Part shown: positions 46,501 through 56,629 of the stretch, piece after piece
Layout of the letters: every line of letters begins with the position of its first letter
Numbering within the stretch: position 1 is the stretch's first letter
Assembly: GCA_945787655.1 (NCBI GenBank)
Contig: CALZIJ010000005.1
Coordinates: forward strand, 2,804 to 66,803
Source of the DNA: Nitrospiria bacterium
Lineage (GTDB): Bacteria > Nitrospirota > Nitrospiria > SBBL01 > JAADHI01
Direction of reading: 5' to 3'
Length of the DNA: 64,000 bases
The notes under the pieces: generated by a model
Databases searched by the model: none
What the model saw: the letters and a program-made list of their open reading frames with translations, nothing else
What the model was told of the DNA's origin: nothing
Program-made: the position numbers and the translations under genes

Positions 46501-47173
46501 AGCCGAAACCCTCCGGCAGCAACTCGAGACCCTTGGGCCTGTGAACCTGGCCGCAATCGAGGAATACAAGGAACTCGACACCCGCTTTCAATTTTTAAAA
46601 GAACAGGAAGATGATTTAATGCAGTCGATCGAAAGCCTGCACCAAGCCATTAACAAGATTAATAAAACCACGCGCGGCCTGTTTGTCGACACCTTTCATA
46701 CCCTCAATGAAAAGTTTAAAACCGTCTATACCTCCTTTTTCGGAGGCGGCTCCGCAGAACTTGTGCTGATTGACGAGGCCCGTCCCCTGGAGTCCGGGAT
46801 TGAAATGTTTGCCCAGCCGCCCGGAAAAGGGAAAAGAAATATCCTGTTACTTTCAGGAGGAGAAAAAGCCCTTACGGCAATTTCTCTGCTATTCGCCACA
46901 TTTCTTATTCACCCAACACCCTTTTGTCTTTTAGACGAAATTGACGCCCCCCTGGATGAAGAAAATACCCGCCGGTTTGCGCAAACCCTGGAAAAGATGT
47001 CCGATAACACTCAATTTATCGTCGTCACCCATAATAAGCTGACGATGGAAACCGCAGATGTTTTGTATGGCGTGACGATGGAAGAAACCGGCATTTCCAA
47101 ACTGGTCTCTGTCAATTTAAATCATGAGACGCCTGCGGATAAAACCGCCGATACCACTGCAACTTTAAGTTAG
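43592..47173 (+). CDS. smc: Chromosome segregation protein SMC (TTG start)
   Basis: Walker A is GPNGCGKSN. Long coiled coils flank a central hinge. The signature motif is LSGGEKALTAISLLFA and Walker B is CLLDEIDAPLDE. The protein is 1193 aa. Confidence 0.94.
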   Translation: MRLKRLEVFGFKSFFDKTVITFKKGITGIVGPNGCGKSNFSDAILWVLGEQSPKSLRGERMEDVIFNGTEQRKPLSIAEVTLTIGDIANELPAPYTPYSEITFSRRLYRSGESEYLINKSPCRLKDIRDLLIDMGAGYHAHTIIEQGKVDDLITASPLKRRELVEEAAGIAKYRLRKAEALRKLEATERNLIRVSDIIGEIKRQRNALDRQAKKAEKSKETAEALKALELQIARHEWIEVASEEKALKQEENQLQENSAELSAQLGSLGSKQNEYKLALIEKEADLTKLSRQISEIEKTIQRWEGKVETIQAQRQEWHENQLRTEQDIHAVQLEFQTLEAEAATLEKELASFAQTLPSEEAEREDAESQRTELETAVLSGNTTLERDKVALFDLTAKLTTSKNNVIHFENRKEILFRQKERLQIEQSTLQEKQETAEKSLQTLVNALHQNEAGLAQSRATLQEKTQLLNQTETTIQTKEKQLFQMKERLSDLKAQIASHEGFYRGFLNEREGSKNQLLQLDGLQGMVADLIDVPPQYEQALEAALENRLRGIVVENHDEIQKGIQHLKASEMGRGTFFPRYPRTGPSPYKSLGIDENQGILGMALDRVTIKDGFESIAEALLQGIVLTSNLKVALNAWARHPDVFLWVTLQGEVLDQYGVISAGGQGKQGLLGQKRALQLLTQEADTLQKEAEALQKDIETQQDIARQTRLALNALNEEIRTLDVTLAKSHNEKKTLSYELERLQGELETILFEQEEGNSEEEQLTESLQSEQRLITETERLKSEKESALRNQKEYLDAEKQRLESLNETVVQLRMKTSTLKAQQQHALEKQARIQRERENLSTRLNEMEALKATLQDKLNAGKIEEKDASASIETLASELSLHTETLRKIQEEHAELLSILNDADQDIASVQSKLNSVQEALQKNALKKVSTGMNREKIEEEISTRYHIDISEDFDFKEALPLEAAQAKAETLRQQLETLGPVNLAAIEEYKELDTRFQFLKEQEDDLMQSIESLHQAINKINKTTRGLFVDTFHTLNEKFKTVYTSFFGGGSAELVLIDEARPLESGIEMFAQPPGKGKRNILLLSGGEKALTAISLLFATFLIHPTPFCLLDEIDAPLDEENTRRFAQTLEKMSDNTQFIVVTHNKLTMETADVLYGVTMEETGISKLVSVNLNHETPADKTADTTATLS

Positions 47174-47330
47174 GGCCTCTTCACACCAATCGCAACGTCC
47201 CTGTTGTGAATATAAATGCGCCAATCACGGTGCAGGATGCGTCATTTTCTAATTCCCAATATACGCGGGGAGTGGCCGTTTTTTTAGCCAGAACCCGAAA
47301 GGCGAGGCATTGTACCGTCTCATCTATTCT

Positions 47331-48320
47331 TCAGAGCGTTCTGAAATGATCAAATCCAAGTGGGCTTATCCGGCCTTGTCTCCCTGAAACGCCCTTGAGC
47401 AACAGTCCTTGTTTTTTGGGAAGTATTTCTCCAATCCGTGTCGCCTGGATTTGATTTTCAGCTAAACAGTTAAGCAGTTTTTTTTCTTTGGCCAGCGGGA
47501 CTGAAAACAACAACTCATAATCATCCCCGCCGTAAAGAACCAATTTTAAAATATCTTTTTTGAGCGTTTTGGTAAAACGCCTTAACGCAGGAGAGATTGG
47601 AAAGGCAGCCTCTTCAAGCATGGCGCCGACCTGGCTCTGCATTAAAATATGGTTTAAATCGGCGGCCAAGCCATCCGAAAGATCAATCATCGCCGAGACC
47701 AGGTTTTCTCTGGCTAAAATTTGCCCGGCCTCCCATCGGGCTTCCGGCACCTGATGACGGCGCACCAGTCTTGAAAAGCGGCGACGGTCTCCCGTCTGTT
47801 TTAAAAGTTCAAGTCCGGCTGCAGCTTCTCCGGGAAACCCGGTCACGTACAGCACATCACCTGCCTTTGCGCCATCCCGCCGCACCATCTTCTTTTTCAT
47901 GACCTCGCCATACAAGGTCACCGCAATAAAAAAAGGGCCCGTCGTCCGGGCAGTATTCCCCCCGATTAAGTCAATATTGATCTTTTTACAGGATTTTGAA
48001 ATGCCCCGATAAAGCTTTTTTAAGTCGTGGGTGTCTGTGATTTCCGGTACGCCGAGCGAAACCAGCATGGCCCTGGGAGTCCCCCCCATGGCGGCAATAT
48101 CGCTGACATTGACTGCAACGGCCTTCTGACCGACCTGTTCAAATGTGGAGAATGCGCGGTTAAAATGGACCCCTTCAATCAGGGTATCTGTGGTCAACAA
48201 AGTGGCGGTTCCCCGTTTGGGGAGAACTGCAGCGGCATCGTCCCCGATCCCCAGTAAGGAGCCTGGCTGCGTGTGCTTAAATTGACGTTGAATTTGTTCA
48301 ATAAAACCAAATTCACTCAT
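47331..48320 (-). CDS. thiL: Thiamine-monophosphate kinase (start taken at MSEFGFIE; the ORF extends to the TTG at 48341)
   Basis: The AIR-synthase-like fold motifs are present (IGDDAAAV, TTDTLIEGVHF, VNVSDIAAMGG, GGDDYELLF). Confidence 0.87.
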   Translation of the reverse strand: MSEFGFIEQIQRQFKHTQPGSLLGIGDDAAAVLPKRGTATLLTTDTLIEGVHFNRAFSTFEQVGQKAVAVNVSDIAAMGGTPRAMLVSLGVPEITDTHDLKKLYRGISKSCKKINIDLIGGNTARTTGPFFIAVTLYGEVMKKKMVRRDGAKAGDVLYVTGFPGEAAAGLELLKQTGDRRRFSRLVRRHQVPEARWEAGQILARENLVSAMIDLSDGLAADLNHILMQSQVGAMLEEAAFPISPALRRFTKTLKKDILKLVLYGGDDYELLFSVPLAKEKKLLNCLAENQIQATRIGEILPKKQGLLLKGVSGRQGRISPLGFDHFRTL

Positions 48321-48333
48321 CTTTTTATTCACA

Positions 48334-50766
48334 TTAGACAATGGCCGGAGAGGACACTCCTTTCACTGCACGACGGGATGTTTTCGATACGACCTTTTTT
48401 TTCTTTCTGCCTTTTTTTAAAAACACGGTTTGAAAGACCGTATCAATCTGGTCGGCAAAGACCAGTTCCAATCCTTTCAGCATATGTTTCGGGATTTCTT
48501 CGAGGTCTTTTTCATTGCGCTTTGGCAATATGACTGTTTTAACCCCTGCACGTTTTGCAGCCAGGATTTTTTCCTTTAATCCCCCAATCGGGAGCACCCG
48601 CCCACGCAGTGTAATTTCTCCCGTCATGGCCACATCCCCACGAAGCAGATGACCCGTCAGGGCCGAAGCCAGGGCCGAGGCCATCGTGATCCCGGCAGAG
48701 GGTCCGTCTTTGGGTATTGCACCGGCAGGAACATGAATGTGGATATCATTCTTGGAAAAAAGCGCAGGATTGACTTTTAAAGCCTTGCCCTGTGCCCGGA
48801 TATAAGACAGAGCCGCCTGGGCGGATTCTTTCATCACGTCTCCCAGCGACCCGGTTAAGATCAACGCCCCTTTTCCTGCCATGAGCGTGGCTTCAATCTG
48901 TAATACGTCTCCGCCAGTCGGCGTCCAGGCCAGACCGGTGGCCACACCCACCTGGTCAGCTTCCCTTTCCGCATCAGGTAGATATTTTGGAATCCCTAGA
49001 AACTGATGGAGATTCTTGTCGGTAACACGGGTTTTCTTTTTTCCACCTTCAGCCAATTTTCGGGCTATTTTTCGAAGAATACGCCCAATCTCCCGCTCCA
49101 GATTCCGGACACCCGCTTCTCTTGTGTAATGTGTCACAACCTGCTCAATCGCATTATCAGTCAATTTTACGGCTTCAGGGGTTGTTCCATGCTCTTCAAG
49201 CTGTCTGGGAACCAAGAAGTTTTTTGCAATACCGACTTTCTCCTCCACGGTATAGCCGGAAAGTTCGATCATTTCCATCCGGTCCCGCAAGGGGAGCGGG
49301 ATGGGGTCAATCTGGTTTGCCGTTGTAATAAACATGACATTAGAAAGGTTAAAGGGAACGCCGAGATAATGATCTGAAAACGTGTGATTTTGTTCGGGAT
49401 CAAGCACTTCGAGCAATGCGGATGACGGGTCGCCTCGAAAGTCGGTTCCGATTTTATCGATTTCATCCAGCATAAAAACCGGATTCGCCATGCCCGCCTG
49501 TTTTATCCCCTGTATTAACCGGCCGGGAAGCGCACCGACATAGGTTCTGCGATGGCCTCGAATTTCAGCCTCGTCACGAACGCCGCCCAATGAAATTCTT
49601 ACAAATTTCCGGCCCAGTGAACGGGCGATGGACTTGCCAAGAGAGGTCTTTCCAACACCGGGAGGCCCCACAAAACAAAGGATTGGGCCTTTTAGTTTTC
49701 CCTTCATTTTACGGACAGCCAGGTATTCCAAAATGCGTTCTTTTATCCGTTCAAGGTCATAATGATCTTCATCCAGTATTTTTTTAGCTGCGGCAATATC
49801 AAGCCGGTCCTTGGTCTGTTTACTCCAGGGGATTTCAACCATCCACTCCAAATACGTCCGAACCGTCGCTGCTTCAGCGGAATCCGGATGCATGCGCTCA
49901 AGCCGCCGCAGTTGTTTATTCGCCTCTTTCTCAACTTTCTTCGGCATTTTTGCCTTAACAATCATTTCCTTGAATTCCTGAATCTCTTCCGAGCGCTCGT
50001 CCGTTTCGCCTAACTCCTTCTGAATGGCTTTTAATTGTTCCCTTAAAAAATATTCCCGCTGGACTTTGTCCATTTCACCCTTGGCTTCGGATTGAATTTT
50101 TTGTTGCATAATCAGCACATGGAGTTCTTTCCCCAGGATTTCACTCGCTTTTCGAAGCCGCTCAACAGGATCTACTGTTTCAAGAACGTCTTGCGCCACC
50201 TCAACCTTTAGCCCCAAATTGGATACGACGAGATCGGATAAACGGCTGGGATCTTCAAGGTTTTCAATCAGCGCCACAACATCGGGCATCAGGAATTTCC
50301 CAAAAGAGATTGCTTTTTCCATCTGTTCTTTGACCGCCCGGACGCTGGCCTCGACTTCCGGAGAGATTTCATCCAGGTGTGGCTCTTCAACAGGCTCTAT
50401 TCCCACTTCGTAATAGGGCTTGGTTTTCGAAAATGATGTAATTCTCGCCTTTGAAAGCCCCTGTACCAATATTTTAATCCTGCCATCCGAAAGCTTGAGC
50501 ATTCTCATAATCGTACCGACTGTGCCGATATTATAGATATCCTCAGGAAGCGGCACCTCAACTTCCAATGACTTCTGGGCAGCAAGTAAAACCAGCTTTT
50601 TATCGGAAATGGCCTTTTCTATGGCTTTCACAGAAATATCCCTTCCAACAAACAAAGGAAGGACCATATGTGGAAAAACAACAATATCCCGAACGGGGAG
50701 CAGGGGAAGTTTTACAGGAATTTTCTCTTTTTCAGGCTTCTTTTCTGATGGCTTTGACACAAACAA
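48334..50766 (-). CDS. lon: ATP-dependent Lon protease
   Basis: The N-terminal LON domain is present ([23 protein letters not shown]). Walker A is GPPGVGKTS. The protease Ser context is [10 protein letters not shown], with a downstream Lys. Confidence 0.95.
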   Translation of the reverse strand: MFVSKPSEKKPEKEKIPVKLPLLPVRDIVVFPHMVLPLFVGRDISVKAIEKAISDKKLVLLAAQKSLEVEVPLPEDIYNIGTVGTIMRMLKLSDGRIKILVQGLSKARITSFSKTKPYYEVGIEPVEEPHLDEISPEVEASVRAVKEQMEKAISFGKFLMPDVVALIENLEDPSRLSDLVVSNLGLKVEVAQDVLETVDPVERLRKASEILGKELHVLIMQQKIQSEAKGEMDKVQREYFLREQLKAIQKELGETDERSEEIQEFKEMIVKAKMPKKVEKEANKQLRRLERMHPDSAEAATVRTYLEWMVEIPWSKQTKDRLDIAAAKKILDEDHYDLERIKERILEYLAVRKMKGKLKGPILCFVGPPGVGKTSLGKSIARSLGRKFVRISLGGVRDEAEIRGHRRTYVGALPGRLIQGIKQAGMANPVFMLDEIDKIGTDFRGDPSSALLEVLDPEQNHTFSDHYLGVPFNLSNVMFITTANQIDPIPLPLRDRMEMIELSGYTVEEKVGIAKNFLVPRQLEEHGTTPEAVKLTDNAIEQVVTHYTREAGVRNLEREIGRILRKIARKLAEGGKKKTRVTDKNLHQFLGIPKYLPDAEREADQVGVATGLAWTPTGGDVLQIEATLMAGKGALILTGSLGDVMKESAQAALSYIRAQGKALKVNPALFSKNDIHIHVPAGAIPKDGPSAGITMASALASALTGHLLRGDVAMTGEITLRGRVLPIGGLKEKILAAKRAGVKTVILPKRNEKDLEEIPKHMLKGLELVFADQIDTVFQTVFLKKGRKKKKVVSKTSRRAVKGVSSPAIV

Positions 50767-50863
50767 CTCCTACGACGCGACTAAAAATAAAACCCGAGTA
50801 TATGCCCTTCGAGGAAGGGAAAGCAATGAAGATTCCAGTTTTTAGGGATTTGAGAAACACACT

Positions 50864-51736
50864 TTATAATGCCAGCTTTTTCAGGTATTGCTTAAATGGC
50901 TCCCCTAAATTTGAGTTTTTCAAAGCCATTTGCACGGTGGCCTGGAGAAAACCCAGTTTGTCCCCGGCGTCATACCGATTCCCTTTGATCTGATAGCCAT
51001 ACATGGTTCTTAACGCCGTCAGGTCATTTAAGGCATCCGTCAATTGTATCTCATTATTTTTCCCAGGTTTAGTCTTCTCAAGCAAGTCAAAAATCTCCGG
51101 GATCAGAATATACCGTCCAATCACTGCGAGATCCGAAGGGGCTTCTTCCACGGATGGCTTTTCCACCAAATGATTTATTTTGTACAATTCATCCAAGGCA
51201 GGTTTGGCGTCCAGAATGCCGTACTGATAGACCTCTGAAGGATCCACCTGCTGAACACCAATGATCGGGGCCGGAGTACGTTCGTACACATCGATCATCT
51301 GTTTTAAAGCCGGGACATCGTTATCCACGATATCATCTCCCAGCAGCACGGCAAAAGGTTCATCACCAATCAGATGTTTTGCGCAAAGAATGGCATGCCC
51401 CAAACCCTGTGGCTGACTTTGCCGAATATAACAGAAGTCCGCCATGTCAGATATTTTTCTCAAATCCCGGATATAATCATCTTTTCCGGTATTTTTTAAT
51501 ATTTCTTCCAATTCAAATGAAATATCAAAGTGGTCTTCAATGGCCCTTTTCCCCCGGCCGGTAATAATAATGATTTGACTAATCCCCGCAGCCACCGCCT
51601 CTTCAACCACGTATTGTATTAGAGGCTTGTCTACAAGCGGAAGCATTTCTTTTGGGGATGCCTTGGTCACAGGCAGAAACCGCGTACCAAGTCCCGCAGC
51701 CGGGATAACGGCTTTTGTAATGGTCTGTTTACGCAT
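50864..51736 (-). CDS. galU: UTP--glucose-1-phosphate uridylyltransferase (start taken at MRKQTITKAVIP)
   Basis: GalU-typical motifs are present (KAVIPAAGLGTRFLPVTKASPKEMLP, GLGHA, VEKP). Confidence 0.9.
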   Translation of the reverse strand: MRKQTITKAVIPAAGLGTRFLPVTKASPKEMLPLVDKPLIQYVVEEAVAAGISQIIIITGRGKRAIEDHFDISFELEEILKNTGKDDYIRDLRKISDMADFCYIRQSQPQGLGHAILCAKHLIGDEPFAVLLGDDIVDNDVPALKQMIDVYERTPAPIIGVQQVDPSEVYQYGILDAKPALDELYKINHLVEKPSVEEAPSDLAVIGRYILIPEIFDLLEKTKPGKNNEIQLTDALNDLTALRTMYGYQIKGNRYDAGDKLGFLQATVQMALKNSNLGEPFKQYLKKLAL

Positions 51737-51778
51737 TTTGCTCTCCAATGTGAACATCCGACGCCCTATATTATAGGC

Positions 51779-52381
51779 TCAAGCCTTCTTTCGGAGGCGC
51801 GCATAAATCGCGTGAACCTCCTCCCGAACGGTCTCTATCGGTTTTCGGTTATCTATTTTTTCATTTGCAAAAGGTATTTTCTCATCAATGGGTATTTGTG
51901 CATCTATCCGTTTTTCAGCCTCTGCTTTAGTTAAGCCTTCCCGCCGAATTAAACGCGCAAGTTGCGTCTTTCGATCGACATATACCAGCAGCACCCAATC
52001 CATTTTATGATGTGCATTCGCTTCAATCAACAAAGGGGCGTCAAATACGACAACACTTTCAGGATGGGTTTTTTTGATCTTTCTTTTTTCAAGTGCCAAA
52101 CATTCAAAAACAAGGGGATGCACTATTTGGTTCAGCCGGTTCAGTTTAACGGTATCGTTAAATACAATCTGACCCAGCTTCTTCCGGTCAATTTCTTCCT
52201 TTGCATCCAAAATTTCTCGACCGAAAAAGTCCACCACCGGCTGGTATCCACTATTCCCTTTAAGAATAGTTTCATGCGCAATCTGATCGGCATCAACGAT
52301 ATAAGCCCCTTCCTGTCTTAAAAAATCTGAGACGGTGCTTTTACCGGAGGCAATCCCTCCAGTCAATCCGACAAGTATCAT
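51779..52381 (-). CDS. coaE: Dephospho-CoA kinase
   Basis: The N-terminal P-loop is GLTGGIASGKST. The protein is 200 aa with the typical CoaE layout. Confidence 0.9.
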   Translation of the reverse strand: MILVGLTGGIASGKSTVSDFLRQEGAYIVDADQIAHETILKGNSGYQPVVDFFGREILDAKEEIDRKKLGQIVFNDTVKLNRLNQIVHPLVFECLALEKRKIKKTHPESVVVFDAPLLIEANAHHKMDWVLLVYVDRKTQLARLIRREGLTKAEAEKRIDAQIPIDEKIPFANEKIDNRKPIETVREEVHAIYARLRKKA

Positions 52382-52507
52382 AATTTGTCCGGTAAATGAA
52401 AAGAATCATACCACATTTTTAAAGGATTTTCGGCGCAAGCCTCATCAGGAGCTCCGAATAAATGCAGGGATTGTATTGATATACAAAATTAAAAAGGGGA
52501 GGAATGC

Positions 52508-54496
52508 CTAGTTTTTTTGCAATAAGGTATTTTGGTACTTGCTGGAAATCTCTCGAAAAGTGGGATCACTCTCATAAATTTCCTTAACAATAAAACTGAA
52601 CTTTTCATCTCCTGTTTGCTCGTAAAGGAGTGCCAGTTCATATTTTAAGGCAATCATATTTTCTTCTTTGTGCTTTGGGTCGGACAACGCTTTTTCCAAT
52701 ACGGTTATCGCAGACGAGATCGACCCTTCATCCCGGTGGCAAAATGCGAGCATAATCATTGCCCCTTCAAATCGCTCACCGACGGCCGCAAGCTCAAAGG
52801 CGTTCATCGCCTCTGACATCATATCCATTTCCTTGTAGGCGATGCCAAGGTCATACTGTGTTTCCGCTTCCTGTTCTTTACGGTCCTGCTGAATGTCTTC
52901 TTGTTTTTTTAACGATTCCTTGTCAGAAGGTTCGAATTCATCCTCTTCACTACTAAAGCTTTCAGAAAGGATTTCATTCAAATCAACATATTCTTCCGCG
53001 TCGGCCTCTTTTGAAACATTTTCATTGACCGCCGCTTCTTTTTGATGATCAAAAAGTTTATTTTCTTCCGCCTGCCTCTCGGTGGTTCCACGGTTTGAAA
53101 CTTCATCAAGGCCAACAATTGTGGGTTCTGAAGGATTCTCTGTGAACGAATTTTCAATGGAGAGTTCTTCTCCAAATGTCTCCACTTCGGGTAGCTCCCC
53201 CGCAGTGAGTGTTCTTTCTGACGACTGGCTCGCTTCAGCCGATTGGCCAAGGGATTCTGACACTTGCGTTTCTTCAAGGTGAACAGGGTCAGTCGCTTGC
53301 GGGGTTTTCCTATTTTGAGGCAACAGCTCCGTAATTTCCTCTCTTATTTTTTCCAAAGCAGAGGCCTCACCCTGCTCCTCGTAAATATCCATCAAAGTTC
53401 GGCAAACGTCTATCGCTTTTTCAGTCATTCCCTGTTGCGTGTAGATTTCTTTTAACTTTAAAAACAGCACGGCCTCCTGAGGGAAGGACTTTGTTACGTC
53501 AAGAATCTGGTCTATTGCCTTGTCAAATAGCCCGTATTGTATGTACACCTCAACTTCCGTCATGGCATTTTCCAAGGCATTGCCCTTGGGTTCCTCTTCT
53601 GAAGCCATGTCCCCAACATCCTGAAAATCCATCACGGAATAATCTGATTGAAAATAGGTTTGCTCTTCGGCCATTGGCTCGGACTCCGGGGCAATAAACC
53701 CGGCCATCTCTTCTTCAGCATCACCGGAGGATTCCGGTTCTGGATGTTTAACCTCTGGGGACGGTTCTATCGAGTTGTGATCAACGCCCGTTGGGGGCTC
53801 GGAGGGTTCGGCTGTTTCTATGCTTTCTTCAATGCCTTTTTCATCCGGCATTTCTTCTGTTTCAACTTGGCCAAACTCAGGCTCCAGTTTTATGATAATG
53901 TTACGGATTTTTTCTGCATCTTCCGTTTTGTTCTTGGTTTCATATATAGAAAATGCTTTTTTATATGCCTCAAGGGCCTCATCATTCTTTTCCTGTTTAA
54001 GGCAGATCTCCCCGATTTCGAGCCAGGTTTTTACATTGTTGGGATCAAGTTCGGATAACTTCTGGTAAATAGTCAGCGCCGCAGATAACTCATCGTGATC
54101 GGCATAATGTTTGGCGGCCTTTAAATAATCGTCAATGGCATTCCCGATTAACCCGCGTTCAGCATAGACAGACGCAAGCTTTTCATAGACTTCATATCTT
54201 GAAGGGTCAACCTTTAGCGCTTTTTTATAAAGGGCGATACTTTTGAGCTCAAAAGCCGCGGAGTGAAAAGCCTCGCCTGCCTTGATATACGCGACCGTTG
54301 CATTCGCTTTTTTATTGGCTTTTAGGTAGAGATCTCCGATGGAGTTATAGATATTCCCATCATTGGGTGTTTCGGCAGCAAGCTTTTCCCACTCTTCGAT
54401 GGCTTCGTTAATTTTCCCTTTTAAAACAAGCTTTTGAGCCTTCTCGATAATAGCGCTCTTGCGTATAGACAAGGCAGTCCCCTCCTGATGATCCAT
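52508..54496 (-). CDS. TPR-repeat protein with a long acidic low-complexity central region
   Basis: Multiple TPR-like A/Y/L repeats occur at both ends (AIEEWEKL...YNSIGDLYLK, ALEAYKKA.., AIDVCRTLMDIYEEQG). The central roughly 300 aa are Glu/Asp/Ser/Pro-rich. Confidence 0.75.
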   Translation of the reverse strand: MDHQEGTALSIRKSAIIEKAQKLVLKGKINEAIEEWEKLAAETPNDGNIYNSIGDLYLKANKKANATVAYIKAGEAFHSAAFELKSIALYKKALKVDPSRYEVYEKLASVYAERGLIGNAIDDYLKAAKHYADHDELSAALTIYQKLSELDPNNVKTWLEIGEICLKQEKNDEALEAYKKAFSIYETKNKTEDAEKIRNIIIKLEPEFGQVETEEMPDEKGIEESIETAEPSEPPTGVDHNSIEPSPEVKHPEPESSGDAEEEMAGFIAPESEPMAEEQTYFQSDYSVMDFQDVGDMASEEEPKGNALENAMTEVEVYIQYGLFDKAIDQILDVTKSFPQEAVLFLKLKEIYTQQGMTEKAIDVCRTLMDIYEEQGEASALEKIREEITELLPQNRKTPQATDPVHLEETQVSESLGQSAEASQSSERTLTAGELPEVETFGEELSIENSFTENPSEPTIVGLDEVSNRGTTERQAEENKLFDHQKEAAVNENVSKEADAEEYVDLNEILSESFSSEEDEFEPSDKESLKKQEDIQQDRKEQEAETQYDLGIAYKEMDMMSEAMNAFELAAVGERFEGAMIMLAFCHRDEGSISSAITVLEKALSDPKHKEENMIALKYELALLYEQTGDEKFSFIVKEIYESDPTFREISSKYQNTLLQKN

Positions 54497-54643
54497 TCAA
54501 AGGGGTATCATAGAACCCCTATTGTGTCAAGAAATCGACCAATTTTGAAAAAGGGAAATTTATTGCGGTATAGTATTTATTACAGGATAGGAAAAGAGGG
54601 TTATTCCACTTGATATTTCTTTAAAAACACTTGAAAATTACGT

Positions 54644-56398
54644 TCAAAAATGGGTTTTCCTTTCTTTTAAATAATCTAAAATACAGTCCCTGGACAGTGT
54701 ATTAATTAAATCATTTGGGCTGAGCCACCCTTTCCGAGCAACCCCGACTCCTGCGGCAAGCTCCGTCATGCTGTCCATTTGATGGGCATCCGGATTTAAA
54801 CTCAGCTTTACGCCCGCCTCTTTGGCCATTTTACAAAATCGCCAGTCCAGATCAAGCCGGAAAGGACTCGCATTCAATTCTATAATGACCCCAAATTCCC
54901 TTGCGGCCCGAATAACCGCTGGCACATCAAGGGCATAAGGTTCCCGTGATAGGAGAATACGTCCTGTCGGGTGACCCAACATGGTCACCAAAGGATGGGA
55001 AATGGCTCGAATCACCCGCTCGGTCATTTCCACTTCGGTCATGTTAAAACCGGAATGAACTGAAGCAATTACAAAATCAAAAGAGGCCAGCGTTTCTTCG
55101 TCATAATCCAGGCTCCCGTCTGTTAAAATATCCGACTCTATTCCTTTTAAAATGGCAATGTCTTCATGTTGGTCCTGGAGGGCCTCTATTTCCTCATGTT
55201 GCTTTTGAACCCGGTCCGGCTTCAAACCATTTGCATAAAAAGCGGACTGACTGTGATCCGATATGCCAATATATTCATATCCGCCCGCCTCCGCAGCCGC
55301 CACCATTTCCGAGAGCGGTGCAGAGCCATCGCTATACGTGCTATGTACATGAAAAATGCCCCGAATGTCCTTTTCTGCAACCAGTTCCGGAAGTTCACGG
55401 TGAATCGCAGCGCTCATCTCGCCCCGTCCCTCACGGAGTTCCGGGGGAATAAAGTCTAAATCCAGGGTGGAGAATAAATCCTCTTCCGTTGTGCAAGGCA
55501 AGACATGATCCTCCAAGAAAAGGCCATAATCACTCACCTTTATGCCAAACTGCTTCGCGCGGGCAGAAAAGGCCCGTTGATAGGCCTCATTCCCCGTAAA
55601 ATGATGTAATAGAAAAGGATATCGGTCATCAGGCACAAGGTGGATCGAAACGGCAATGCCGTCTCTCATGGCACATTCCACCGTTTCAAATCCGGATTGA
55701 ACTTTAGATTGTATTGTCGTTTCATCGATTCCTTCAATGGTTTCAAGCGCTTTGATTGCACGTTTAGGGGAGAGACAACTTGCCAGCAACTCAATGCCTT
55801 TTACAATTTCATCCCGCCGCCGCAAAGCCCCCACGGCACTAACACGCTTGAAGGCTTTGATTCCCTCAAGCTGAGATAAAAGAGCTTCGCAGATGCTTTG
55901 CGCTGTATGGGCATGAAGAAAGCCTTGATGACGTTTGTGAAAAGCAATGCGCTGTTGTATTTTTTCCTGGGTTTTTTGTCCGAATCCCGGCAAATCCACC
56001 AATCGGTTTTCAACACAGGCATACTCCAGATCGACAAGGTTTGAAATCCCTAATGTTTTGTGGATTTGGCGAATTTTTTTTGCCCCCAAGCCCCGGATTT
56101 CCAGCATTTCCAAAAGGCCCGGCGCAATCGATGCCTTAAGCTCATCATAATAACTGGATTTTCCTGTGTTCACCCATTCCGTAATCGTTTCAAACAAGCT
56201 TTTGCCAATCCCTTTTTCCTTTAAAAGCACCCCGGACCGGACAGCTTCCACAAGGTCTCCCTCAAATTGCTCCAATACCCGGGCTGCATTGGCATGTGCC
56301 TTTGCTTTAAAAGGGCTTTCTCCTTTAAGCTCCAAAAGAACACCCAGCTCTTCCAGGATCGATACAATTTCAGATTTATCAACCAGTTCTACTGCCAC
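54644..56398 (-). CDS. polX: DNA polymerase X family protein with a C-terminal PHP phosphoesterase domain
   Basis: The N-terminus has HhH/pol-beta-like motifs (GIGKS, GLGAKKIRQI, LPGFGQKTQEKI). The C-terminus has PHP His motifs (FHVHSTYSDGS, ISDHS, GHPTGR, NPDAH). Confidence 0.85.
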   Translation of the reverse strand: MAVELVDKSEIVSILEELGVLLELKGESPFKAKAHANAARVLEQFEGDLVEAVRSGVLLKEKGIGKSLFETITEWVNTGKSSYYDELKASIAPGLLEMLEIRGLGAKKIRQIHKTLGISNLVDLEYACVENRLVDLPGFGQKTQEKIQQRIAFHKRHQGFLHAHTAQSICEALLSQLEGIKAFKRVSAVGALRRRDEIVKGIELLASCLSPKRAIKALETIEGIDETTIQSKVQSGFETVECAMRDGIAVSIHLVPDDRYPFLLHHFTGNEAYQRAFSARAKQFGIKVSDYGLFLEDHVLPCTTEEDLFSTLDLDFIPPELREGRGEMSAAIHRELPELVAEKDIRGIFHVHSTYSDGSAPLSEMVAAAEAGGYEYIGISDHSQSAFYANGLKPDRVQKQHEEIEALQDQHEDIAILKGIESDILTDGSLDYDEETLASFDFVIASVHSGFNMTEVEMTERVIRAISHPLVTMLGHPTGRILLSREPYALDVPAVIRAAREFGVIIELNASPFRLDLDWRFCKMAKEAGVKLSLNPDAHQMDSMTELAAGVGVARKGWLSPNDLINTLSRDCILDYLKERKTHF

Positions 56399-56407
56399 AC
56401 AGGCCTC

Positions 56408-56617
56408 TTACTCTTCATTGGCGGTTTTTTTCCTATTCTTATGGGAAAGCCACTTTGAAAAAATAAGAATAGCGTAGACACCCAAACCCACGCCCATTAA
56501 AAAATAAAAATTTCCAATAATGTGTGCATAGTTTTCGGCAAGATAAAAAACCCCGGACAAAACAATCGTACTTGCCAAAACCATCAGCCATAAATTGATC
56601 AGTGGTCGCACGCGCAA
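56408..56617 (-). CDS. Small two-TM membrane protein (69 aa), unknown function
   Basis: There are two hydrophobic helices and a basic C-terminal tail. The gene is tightly spaced between radC and polX. No motif is recognised. Confidence 0.4.
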   Translation of the reverse strand: MRVRPLINLWLMVLASTIVLSGVFYLAENYAHIIGNFYFLMGVGLGVYAILIFSKWLSHKNRKKTANEE

Positions 56618-56629
56618 CTCCTTTCAGTT

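Noticed and set aside
43592-47173. The SMC protein as a possible Lamassu (LmuB) or Wadjet (JetC) defence component, given the nearby metallophosphoesterase unit.
   Set aside because: It has the full-length canonical Smc architecture: 1193 aa, Walker A GPNGCGKSN, a hinge, the LSGGEKALTAISLLFA signature and Walker B. No LmuA/LmuC or JetABD partners are present. The neighbouring unit is divergent and separated by 414 bp. It is best read as the housekeeping condensin.
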